From a virus, in IMG/VR virus record IMGVR_UViG_3300025671_000038: a DNA stretch of 64,000 nt; one strand, 5' to 3'. Below, in pieces: positions 55,903-64,000 of the stretch. The notes beneath the pieces were generated by a model. It was given only the letters and a program-made list of their open reading frames with translations. It was not told where the DNA came from and searched no databases. Each line of letters starts with the position of its first letter. Positions within the stretch are counted from its first letter, which is position 1. The translations under genes were made by a program, and so were the position numbers.

Positions 55903-57093
55903 TCAAGAATTCACAAACTTATAGATAGCTTCTCTATACTCTTTTCCCCTCTCACCATCGATTGCCTGCCTCATAGCAATCGCACCACTTTTAGTTCCGC
56001 TTGGGTGACCGTGCATTGCTCCTCCTACATTTGCTAGGTAATCAACACCAACCTGCTCGTTTATCTGGTCCACAAGACCAGGGTGGAATCCACAGCTTAA
56101 AGCAGGGAGAGTTCCTTGATTTCTTGATTGCTCTATAGCGGCTAAAACCTCCTCCTCGTCAGCAGGATAATATCCGCCAATCATTCCCGAGTGAATAAAG
56201 TCCACCCCCATCATTCCAGCAAGCTTGCACATGAAAGGCCAAGAGATGCTAAATTGGTGATCCGGGTTTGTTATAACTCTATCTCCGCTCTTTTGGAAAT
56301 GCATAAAAAGCGGGAGATCGAGCTCCCTTATGTTTTTATAAACTCCCAGCCCGCACCAAAAGTTAACGTGTATCCCATTACCTCCTAGTTCGTAAACCTG
56401 TTTTACTCTCTCCAGTATATAGGCAGGATCTGAATGGATAGAAACACAATAAACCACATTCTTATCTTTCAAATAATCCATGATAAGTGGAACCCGGTCC
56501 TCTATCTTACAGAATGATGGGCTGGAAAGTATTTCATCCTCCTTGATGAAATTCACTCCTCCCTCAACCATTTCCTTAACCATCTCCAGCATGACTTGTG
56601 GCGAGACCCCAGTTTTTGGCTTTAGTATTCCTCCGAGGAGTGGCTTGTTGTAGACACCGGTAAATTTTCTTATACCATCAATCCCATATTTAGGTCCCAT
56701 AAAACAATCAGAAACACATTCCGGAAAATCTATGTCAATCAACTTGCATTTTTTTATTTCGGCTATATCCATCTGACCTCCCATTACATTCACCAACAAG
56801 TGAGCAACCCCGTCAGTTTTAAAGTCAATGTTTATCACAGGGAAAGCAATAGTGACCTCCCCCGTTTTTTCATTGCTCATATCTCCCATATCACCGACGA
56901 TCAAACAAGAGTGATTCTCAAAGAGCTCATCAGTTTCCCAGACACTCCTGGATGATGGGTTACCCACACTTTGACCTATTGCTATATTCCAAGCAGCAGA
57001 TGCTAAATTCTTAGAACATTCAACATAATACTTAGCAAAGAAGTACTTGTCAGCATCTATTTGATTTCTCGATTTAAATAATTCAGATTTCAT
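55903..57093 (-). CDS. RuBisCO-like protein (form IV RLP)
   Basis: GPKYGIDGIR; GILKPKTG; NFIKEDE; DFIHSG; PALSCG; NVGGAMHGHPSG..GA.AMRQA. Confidence 0.93.
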   Translation of the reverse strand: MKSELFKSRNQIDADKYFFAKYYVECSKNLASAAWNIAIGQSVGNPSSRSVWETDELFENHSCLIVGDMGDMSNEKTGEVTIAFPVINIDFKTDGVAHLLVNVMGGQMDIAEIKKCKLIDIDFPECVSDCFMGPKYGIDGIRKFTGVYNKPLLGGILKPKTGVSPQVMLEMVKEMVEGGVNFIKEDEILSSPSFCKIEDRVPLIMDYLKDKNVVYCVSIHSDPAYILERVKQVYELGGNGIHVNFWCGLGVYKNIRELDLPLFMHFQKSGDRVITNPDHQFSISWPFMCKLAGMMGVDFIHSGMIGGYYPADEEEVLAAIEQSRNQGTLPALSCGFHPGLVDQINEQVGVDYLANVGGAMHGHPSGTKSGAIAMRQAIDGERGKEYREAIYKFVNS

Positions 57094-57403
57094 ACTTATC
57101 TCCCGGTTTAGAGGGTGTCTTAACTATAAAAACCTCGCAGTCTTCGAGGAAAACAGGATTAGCTATCTCGTATTTCCTGATAACGAAAACATCACCAGCT
57201 TTGAGTATTTTGTCCTGTATAATCATTCTACCCTTGTGGAGGTAGTTTATTTCGTCAGCTTCTTTGTGATAGTGTGCTGGCCAATCCTCTCCTTTCTTAT
57301 GCCTTTTAAAGCATATCTCAAATTGATCGGTTTTATAAGCGGAGGGAAGGAAGTCTCCAACGAACCATCCACCCTGGTAATCATCTATTTTAGATACTTC
57401 CAT
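57083..57403 (-). CDS. Small cupin
   Basis: GWFVGDF; HYHKEADEINY; VKTPS..GDKY. Confidence 0.8.
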   Translation of the reverse strand: MEVSKIDDYQGGWFVGDFLPSAYKTDQFEICFKRHKKGEDWPAHYHKEADEINYLHKGRMIIQDKILKAGDVFVIRKYEIANPVFLEDCEVFIVKTPSKPGDKYEI

Positions 57404-58136
57404 TGGCTATTTTATTTTTATAAATCTCAAGATCTTCCGGGGTACCTATCGGGAAATGAAGGTTGAAGAAATATGGCAATATCTTTTTACCCCTCTTTAT
57501 CAAATAGTTATATGAGGGAGCAACGTAAAACTCACTGTTATACCGGTCATTAGCTTCTATCATCTCCATCGAGGATTCTACGAAATCGGACCCTCTCTTC
57601 CAGTAGTGCAATCCGTTAGTAGCTATATTTGATATAACTATTTTTTCCTTCACGTCACAAACTTCCCCGTTTGGATCCAATTTGACGTAACTATTCTTTT
57701 TAGAGGAAGATAAAAAGCATCCTAAGAACCCATCACAAGCCGTATTTGAAGCAAACTTGGATAAAACATTAAGATCATAGTCCAATATAATCTGATCACA
57801 GTTTACTATGATCAAAGGATCATTGGTATTAATGATAGACTGGGCCAGTAGAGCAGTACAGGCTGGTCCTTCTGTTAATTTCGGGGTGGAAATAACGTCA
57901 TGTGAAATAGGCATATCGGATATGTGCCTCTTAAACTCATCGACAGATATGTGCTCCTCGTTGATCACGAATATAAAATGGGCAGACTCATTGTGGAGGT
58001 TTCCGACTACGGTCCGTATCATAGAATCGTCGATGACCTTGATATAAGGTTTAATCTCGTTATACCCAGCATCGGAAAATCTTTTTCCCATCCCGCCTAG
58101 GGGTATCAGTATATTAATCCTCCTTAAGTCTTCCAT
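57390..58136 (-). CDS. Sugar-phosphate nucleotidyltransferase-like (GT-A fold NTP transferase)
   Basis: LIPLGGMGKRF...KPYI; TEGPACT; IVNCDQ; EFYVAPSYN; GTPEDL. Confidence 0.85.
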   Translation of the reverse strand: MEDLRRINILIPLGGMGKRFSDAGYNEIKPYIKVIDDSMIRTVVGNLHNESAHFIFVINEEHISVDEFKRHISDMPISHDVISTPKLTEGPACTALLAQSIINTNDPLIIVNCDQIILDYDLNVLSKFASNTACDGFLGCFLSSSKKNSYVKLDPNGEVCDVKEKIVISNIATNGLHYWKRGSDFVESSMEMIEANDRYNSEFYVAPSYNYLIKRGKKILPYFFNLHFPIGTPEDLEIYKNKIANGSI

Positions 58137-58782
58137 CTAAAAAAATACAAATCCAGGTAGCATCAATAAGATCATCCAGAGGTTTATTTACATTTCCGCT
58201 GGGCGTTATCCATTCTCCCCTATTACTTTCAAGTATATTAGTGAAATAGCTCAGATTGGTTTCAGCTCTTTTACAATTAACTAGGGAATCATAGAGCTGA
58301 TGTTTTTTTGCATTCCCTTTAATAGCGAATTTCTTAATGGAGGTCGGGGAAAAAACATAAAAATTCGAACTACCCACCTCGTCAACTATTTTTTTTCTAA
58401 GTAGGGCAGTAGCCATAGAGATGTCAATTAGGGCATTACCATTGGATGCAAAACTTAAACCCTCCATAGCTATATAGATCTCGTCACCCTCTTGGGTGTG
58501 AGATATGACTGAATCCCAGAATCGGTCGACTAGGTCGGAAAAGTAATCAATCTTAAGCCTCTCCCTTTCGGAGTATTCCTCAGGCATTTTCTCTTTTCCC
58601 ATAAACATGAGATCAAACCCATCCATTTCGGAGAGGAATGCGAATGGTTTTGCTTTAGATCTTTTTAGTGATTCTTCTGTGCGATCACTTCGGGTAAGTG
58701 ATCCCCATTTAAATTGATTATCCCTAAGCAAACAAAAAGCTGGCGAGTTCAGAGAAAAATCTATTCCGATAAGAGTTCTCAA
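58114..58782 (-). CDS. RuvC-like RNase H-fold nuclease / Holliday junction resolvase
   Basis: IGIDFSLNSPA; AMEGLSF; PTSIKKFA..GNAKK; DDLIDA. GATATATA at 58810-58817. Confidence 0.8.
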   Translation of the reverse strand: MRTLIGIDFSLNSPAFCLLRDNQFKWGSLTRSDRTEESLKRSKAKPFAFLSEMDGFDLMFMGKEKMPEEYSERERLKIDYFSDLVDRFWDSVISHTQEGDEIYIAMEGLSFASNGNALIDISMATALLRKKIVDEVGSSNFYVFSPTSIKKFAIKGNAKKHQLYDSLVNCKRAETNLSYFTNILESNRGEWITPSGNVNKPLDDLIDATWICIFLDGRLKED

Positions 58783-58822
58783 AATATTGAGTGTTTAAAA
58801 GTTTCACTCTATATATCCTCAC

Positions 58823-58849
58823 AAAAAACCCCCGAATTAAGGGGGTTTT
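58823..58849. terminator. Bidirectional intrinsic terminator
   Basis: AAAAAACCCCC-GAATTAA-GGGGGTTTT. Confidence 0.7.
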
Positions 58850-58870
58850 ATAGATATGTACTTAATGTGA

Positions 58871-59236
58871 TTAAACCTTTACCAGTCTTTTAGAAACTAG
58901 CCCCGGAATCTCTATTTCAGAATCCCCTTTCGTAACCGCTTTCTCTATGTTATCCACTATCTTCTTGTCGATAGCGCTTTCAAGTTCGGTAGGTTCCACT
59001 ATTTTAACTTTTAAACTCTCTCCTGAAGGTTTGAGATCGACTACTTCAACTCTATTCCATTTTTTTCCAAATGGATTTAGATAATTACCTGGATTAAATT
59101 CGGCCTCGAGTTGATATTCATTGCCGTTTAAAATTATATTGCCATTACTGCTCTTCTTCACTTCCAATTTTTCATTGATCTGTATAGAACCTTTAGAAGG
59201 GTTAGTAAAGGATTCGTAGGTAAGTATCGTTTCCAT
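58871..59236 (-). CDS. Hypothetical late protein
   Basis: METILTYESF. Confidence 0.6.
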   Translation of the reverse strand: METILTYESFTNPSKGSIQINEKLEVKKSSNGNIILNGNEYQLEAEFNPGNYLNPFGKKWNRVEVVDLKPSGESLKVKIVEPTELESAIDKKIVDNIEKAVTKGDSEIEIPGLVSKRLVKV

Positions 59237-59484
59237 TAGTCCATTGATGGTTTAACTACATTTCCCTTCTTGCCAGTGTAATTATAGACATTAACAAGCT
59301 TGTCGTAGCATTTTTTCATCTGGTCATCTGTCAAGCAAGAGACCAGGTCATTAAGAACCCTTTGGTCGTTACCTGAAGCAGCAACCAATAGATCTTTCAT
59401 ATGTTGCTTTAGGTCATCCTCGCCATACATGGGCTGACCATATTTCATTTCGTTTAACTGAGTTAGTTCAGAGAATTTTTTCAT
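59236..59484 (-). CDS. Hypothetical late protein
   Basis: Start reassigned to MKKFSELTQLNE; GATATATA at 59506-59513. Confidence 0.6.
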   Translation of the reverse strand: MKKFSELTQLNEMKYGQPMYGEDDLKQHMKDLLVAASGNDQRVLNDLVSCLTDDQMKKCYDKLVNVYNYTGKKGNVVKPSMD

Positions 59485-59513
59485 CTTCTTCGATTTTTTC
59501 TGTTTTATATATC

Positions 59514-60074
59514 TTACCTCTCCCTGCCAATTTCTAGCGATATATCCAAATAATTGCACTTAAAGCCTACAGAGAACGTATAAACACTGGGAGCATTTTG
59601 GGTGTAATTGAGATTCAGGTTGTTCATCGATGTTAGGGTTACTTCCTTAAAAGTTACCGTAGTAACTATATTCCCATCGTTATCAAGTATTCTTAATGGC
59701 AGGTTCTGAATAAAGACCTGCGGGTTTTTAAAATTAAGCTTGTCCAAAACCGTCTCCAGCATTATGAAGTAGTTTATGAAACCCTCAGATATGCGGAAAG
59801 AGACCTCAAATTCTCTGCTAAATAGGTCTTGTACTGGGGTCGCACTTTGGTAATTTACCCGCTTACCCAGATTTCTTGTCTGCTCCACTAGATCCATACT
59901 CATCCCAGGGAATCCCACGGATTGAATGGAGCTATTCATGAAGGAAGTTATAGTGTCGTAAGGGGTAGGCTGTCTTTTAATGTAGTCTAGGTACTTCTCC
60001 TGTACGATATCAGGGAAAAATCCTCTTGGAAAGACGAAGTAAAAGCTATTAGCCCTTGCGTTTAACATGCTCAT
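59514..60074 (-). CDS. Tail tube-like protein (T4 gp3/gp19 fold)
   Basis: SIQSVGFPG; FEVSF...FINY; LRILDNDG; LNLNY...TFSVGFK. Confidence 0.55.
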   Translation of the reverse strand: MSMLNARANSFYFVFPRGFFPDIVQEKYLDYIKRQPTPYDTITSFMNSSIQSVGFPGMSMDLVEQTRNLGKRVNYQSATPVQDLFSREFEVSFRISEGFINYFIMLETVLDKLNFKNPQVFIQNLPLRILDNDGNIVTTVTFKEVTLTSMNNLNLNYTQNAPSVYTFSVGFKCNYLDISLEIGRER

Positions 60075-60579
60075 AGTCTATCTTAACGTGGTTTATTTTA
60101 TAGTTATTTCTTTCAGATTTCTCCAGAGCTTGACTAGTATCAAAATTAGAATACATGTAAAGACCCGGGATCAATTCCTTGCAATCTCCTTCCACTATAT
60201 ATTCAAACCTATTATCACCATCAAAAAACTCAAGATCCGTGTAGTTGGTTATCTTTCTTCCTTTATAGAACGAACCAGCATTTTCTCTCCATAGGATATC
60301 AACCAAAATTCCCATTTCCATCCCTATTGAAACCCCTGAATCTAGGAGGTCCTTTAACTCGGCATATCTGAATTTATTACCAGATAAGATCACGTCGATG
60401 TCTGTTGTATCGATATCAGTATCTAGAAAGTAGTTTGAGCAAAAAGCTCCACAAAGATACAGATCAACAGTAGGAGTGCCATTAAAGTCTATCCATGAAG
60501 AAATCCAATTATCGAAAAGATCCTTAGTTGGGGATTTAAAAGGTCCCTTATGAATAAACTCACCTCTTCTAAATTCCAA
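60049..60579 (-). CDS. Small Pol-beta-like nucleotidyltransferase
   Basis: LYLCGAF...TTDIDVIL; LVDI. Confidence 0.5.
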   Translation of the reverse strand: MEFRRGEFIHKGPFKSPTKDLFDNWISSWIDFNGTPTVDLYLCGAFCSNYFLDTDIDTTDIDVILSGNKFRYAELKDLLDSGVSIGMEMGILVDILWRENAGSFYKGRKITNYTDLEFFDGDNRFEYIVEGDCKELIPGLYMYSNFDTSQALEKSERNNYKINHVKIDYEHVKRKG

Positions 60580-60591
60580 AACGTATTGTGA

Positions 60592-63033
60592 TTAGCTTCT
60601 GCCACCGAAACCGAAATCAGGGTCAAAGTTTGCAGAACCGCTATCGCTACCGGATTGGTTAGCAGTAGATCCATTGGAAGAAGCAGATCCGCCAGTAGCT
60701 CTTCCCGCACTGGTGTTTCCATAAGCAAGAACTAGCTCCATATCTCCACTTCCGAATATCCCGTCAACTGCATCTACAAAAAGATTTTTCGTAATTCCAA
60801 CATAAAGCTTGTAGCCGGTTGAACTTGGGTCCAGGAAATATGCTATTATTTCCTGAGTAGTCCACCCGGTAGCTATTTTACCCTGCACGTCGGAGGAGAT
60901 TGCAGATTTCAGCTGAACTGGGGTTAGCTTAGGTTGGTTATTTCGGTTTACATTACCAGCTTTTCTGCCTAATCCACTAGTTCCAGAAGTTCCGTTTTGT
61001 ACTCCCGAAACCTGCCAGGAACTTTTTCCAACTCTTTTTGATACAGGTTTAGTCCTAGGTGAGGTTGGAGCTACCACCACTTCAGCTGCTACAGCTGTTT
61101 GAACTGGCTCAGTCTCTCCGTCCTTTAGCCAATTACCCCAGTAAAGAGTAGAAAAAGAATTTCCACCTATTTTTGCAGTATTGACGGCTCTACTAGTATT
61201 AGAATCCCTTTTGGATGCAATTACAACATCACGGGAAGAATCTCTTAAACTAATAGCTTTCTTAGCTAGCAGAGATTTAACCTTATTAACCTTAGAAATT
61301 CCCCTCGTATCAACATTATCGCCATCGGGATCTGGCGGTTTATTAGTGATATAAAATCTTCGGTCTGTAAACTGAAGGATCTGTGTAGAGATCGACTCAT
61401 CCACTTTGAAAGCAAGCTCCCCCTTAGAAGGCTTTGCTATAGTAGCGTCAGCAATTGAAGGTGCATAAACTTTTTTACCCTTGTTGTCTATGAAAACCAT
61501 ATTGTAAGTTCCAGAGGAGCTAAGGTCTATCTCCTGGGTTGTATTTCCTTGTCCTTTCTTAAAGAAGGAAAATTTGTAGTAGTTATCAAACGGGCTGATC
61601 TTTATATAAGCTTTGCCTACCCCATACGAAACTGAAGGTGTACTAGACTCATTGGTTTCAGTTAGTGTAGTTCCATTTACTTCCAGATTTGTCAGAGAAG
61701 TGTTTACTAGATTTCTATCAAAGAACACGTTAGAAAATTTGGTAATCTCTCTGGGCGATATTTGATTAACCGGTACTGAAATATCAGTTTTACCTCCTAG
61801 CTTATTGTATATCTTCTGTTGCTGAGGTAAAACGGAAAGTTGCAGAGGAGCAATGGTAGTACCATATTTACCAGGATCAGTTGAAGTATAAGTAGCAACC
61901 CTCATGGTTCTTGTCTGATTCTTACTGTTAATGAGTGTCATTGTATACCTCAATGAAAAGCTCGTAGCAACATTAGAATACCTAACAATAGGTCTAAATA
62001 AATTCGGGACGTCGTATGCTGAAGTCTGAATACTAGTAAAATTAGATGTTTCAAGCCAAGCTGCACCAACCTGCTCAAGAACCTCTATCCTATTCTCTAT
62101 ATAGTAGCTGTTTCCTATAGAATTCTGAAACAGTATGAAATCCTCTATAAAACCCCCATCATCTGTTCCGAAATATTCAAAGAAATCTCCAGTATCTGCT
62201 GGAGCAATATAAGCTCCTATGTTACTGAATGGATCAGTGGGTTCGAGAGATAATGCTGCTAAAAGTTGAGTACCATAGGTTTCATATCCGCTAACAATCG
62301 TAGTATCAGTTATGGAATAGGCACTTATTCTTAGAGGCTGAGAAGCTAAAAATCCTCTCCCACTTTTCGAAGTTTTAGCGGCAAGGGTTAAAGGTCGATT
62401 GGATACACTAGCAGCATTGTATTTATTGACCATATCTGAGAGTGAAGGTATCTTCACCTCGAAATACTTATCATATATGTTAGCACCTATTGTTAAAGGA
62501 CTAGGATTCAACGTATACTGCTGGGAATTACCCTTTGAGAGTTTAATCTGCGAAAAGGTAACATAAGATCCGTCTACATCCGGGTACTTAACATTTAGTA
62601 TCAATCCATCCAGGTTATCCAAATTATACCCGGATAGGATGTGGTACCTCACGGAGTCATACACAACACTGAGATTCGATGGAAAAGATATAGGAAGATC
62701 AGCGGTGTTGGTAAGCTCAGATTTAAAGTCGTTATAAGGGACTATTAAATTAGGGTTTAGAGTTACGAAGGTCGTGGAATTAGTTTGCACCACACTATTG
62801 TTGGACGTGTTCTGTGTAATTGAAGCATTCTCGTCCAGATTGAATATTTGAACGTCATTAGAGGGCTGTCCGTCCGAATCTTCCAGTAAGCCATTTACGA
62901 GCTTATTATAACCCACTGTGGGGCTGCCAATATTGACAAAGTACTTCTCCGGGGTAGGTGGGCTGGCATACATATATTCCATGACCAGATACGGGGAAAG
63001 TTGTACATATTTAGAGGTTGTCGTAAAAGCCAT
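60592..63033 (-). CDS. Large hypothetical (probably structural) protein
   Basis: 813 aa, S/T/N-rich beta-type composition, low-complexity tail; AATAAATA upstream. Confidence 0.6.
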   Translation of the reverse strand: MAFTTTSKYVQLSPYLVMEYMYASPPTPEKYFVNIGSPTVGYNKLVNGLLEDSDGQPSNDVQIFNLDENASITQNTSNNSVVQTNSTTFVTLNPNLIVPYNDFKSELTNTADLPISFPSNLSVVYDSVRYHILSGYNLDNLDGLILNVKYPDVDGSYVTFSQIKLSKGNSQQYTLNPSPLTIGANIYDKYFEVKIPSLSDMVNKYNAASVSNRPLTLAAKTSKSGRGFLASQPLRISAYSITDTTIVSGYETYGTQLLAALSLEPTDPFSNIGAYIAPADTGDFFEYFGTDDGGFIEDFILFQNSIGNSYYIENRIEVLEQVGAAWLETSNFTSIQTSAYDVPNLFRPIVRYSNVATSFSLRYTMTLINSKNQTRTMRVATYTSTDPGKYGTTIAPLQLSVLPQQQKIYNKLGGKTDISVPVNQISPREITKFSNVFFDRNLVNTSLTNLEVNGTTLTETNESSTPSVSYGVGKAYIKISPFDNYYKFSFFKKGQGNTTQEIDLSSSGTYNMVFIDNKGKKVYAPSIADATIAKPSKGELAFKVDESISTQILQFTDRRFYITNKPPDPDGDNVDTRGISKVNKVKSLLAKKAISLRDSSRDVVIASKRDSNTSRAVNTAKIGGNSFSTLYWGNWLKDGETEPVQTAVAAEVVVAPTSPRTKPVSKRVGKSSWQVSGVQNGTSGTSGLGRKAGNVNRNNQPKLTPVQLKSAISSDVQGKIATGWTTQEIIAYFLDPSSTGYKLYVGITKNLFVDAVDGIFGSGDMELVLAYGNTSAGRATGGSASSNGSTANQSGSDSGSANFDPDFGFGGRS

Positions 63034-63045
63034 TCTATCTATTTA

Positions 63046-63837
63046 TTATTTTCCAAACTGAAGCCACTTGGGGGAATAACTTAGTCCAATTCCTAGGAAA
63101 GGACCAACTGTATATCCGCCGTTGTCTAAAGAAATACCATAGCCTGCGGATACACCAACACCAAAAGTCCTTCTTGCCGACTTCAGAGCCCTTTTAGTCT
63201 CCGGGTCGTCTATCATGTTAAGAGCTTGTAATTCTCTGAACTTTAAACCAGGAAAATCAGTAGAGGCCCTGATGTATAACAAGCCATCATCAGGATTACT
63301 ATATAAACCAGTGACCAGGTCTATTCTCTGCTCTATACTTAAAGAGGCATCCCCAGGAAATATAGTACTGTCGCTATCAAAAGTGTAAGGTATTGTACCG
63401 TCAATTAAGAGACGATTAGTACCGGGTAATACCGGGTTGTAAGAGAAAGCTATATAAGATGAGTCACCCTCGTTGTGATTCGTAGATGAGACCACGATAG
63501 TTGTGTCACGATAAACAATCTCCGTTTTAATTATGACTCCAGGTTTCCTTTTTCTCTCTAATTCTAGCCTTTTTATAAGATCTTCCTGCTCGTCAGAGAG
63601 CTCATTATATTTTAGTTTAAAAGCAGACCTCTCCGCTAAAGCACCGCTTAATCTAGTTTCCAAATGCCTAACAGAATCCTGTTGGGCTAGTAAATTGCCC
63701 AAATTTCTATTAGCTTCCTCTCTTGCTCTTTCCGTTATGCCGCACTGTCTAAATAACAAGAGCATAAGCAATATGGACAGCAGGATCGGGAAAATCCTTC
63801 CGGTTAAAAAAGATACTGTGTCCTTATAAAGTTTCAT
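63046..63837 (-). CDS. Membrane-anchored coiled-coil protein (spanin-like)
   Basis: N-terminal TM, coiled coil, C-terminal FGVGVSAGYG...FLGIGLSY. Confidence 0.5.
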   Translation of the reverse strand: MKLYKDTVSFLTGRIFPILLSILLMLLLFRQCGITERAREEANRNLGNLLAQQDSVRHLETRLSGALAERSAFKLKYNELSDEQEDLIKRLELERKRKPGVIIKTEIVYRDTTIVVSSTNHNEGDSSYIAFSYNPVLPGTNRLLIDGTIPYTFDSDSTIFPGDASLSIEQRIDLVTGLYSNPDDGLLYIRASTDFPGLKFRELQALNMIDDPETKRALKSARRTFGVGVSAGYGISLDNGGYTVGPFLGIGLSYSPKWLQFGK

Positions 63838-64000
63838 ATGTCATTTCGAAGGGATCGAGTCTTCCCTCACCATATTTTTCGCCCAGAGAACTGATAAAAT
63901 CCTGCTCTGAATCTCTCAAGTCTTCTAGTTCCCGGATTAGAGTACCAGCTTTCATGTTTAGCCTTTCCATCTCCGACTGAACTTTCTCTATCTCGCCTCT
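63824..64000 (-). CDS. Hypothetical coiled-coil protein, 5'-truncated
   Basis: ...RGEIEKVQSEMERL...LGEKYGEGRLDPFEMTYETL*. Confidence 0.6.
   Translation of the reverse strand, partial: RGEIEKVQSEMERLNMKAGTLIRELEDLRDSEQDFISSLGEKYGEGRLDPFEMTYETL

Noticed and set aside
55903-57093. Bona fide CO2-fixing RuBisCO
   Set aside because: Lacks equivalents of E60, N123, H294 and loop-6 K334; no PRK or small subunit in the window.

Overview
This window looks like part of a large T4-like (jumbo) myophage genome that probably infects a Bacteroidetes/Flavobacteria host. The T4-like core is evident from a gp43-like PolB split into two genes about 21 kb apart, a gp45-like clamp, gp39/60 and gp52 topoisomerase II, a gp61 primase, gp32 SSB, UvsW/UvsY, NrdAB, a gp56-like dNTPase and a tail-tube-like gene. 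Host evidence comes from T9SS sorting domains, TAnnTTTG promoters, DUF4494/DUF2452/Hc1 genes and a GEN...ALAA tmRNA tag. Nearly all genes are on the minus strand and read in standard code 11. The left end carries two T9SS cargo genes and an RNA-gene island: 8 canonical tRNAs, 2 aberrant tRNA-like genes, a tmRNA, an HNH nuclease and several structured spacers. The most notable items are: (1) a tightly coupled five-gene operon built around a non-carboxylating RuBisCO-like protein plus a sugar-phosphate nucleotidyltransferase; (2) about a dozen late genes, including several enzymes, with T4 capsid-targeting-like N-termini; (3) a ligase-like/HxGH nucleotidyltransferase fusion next to a Pol-beta NTase; (4) a Ro/TROVE-like protein beside CAGCAA stem-loop RNAs; (5) a D-arm-less tRNA-like gene. 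All family calls come from motif recognition by eye; no searches were run.
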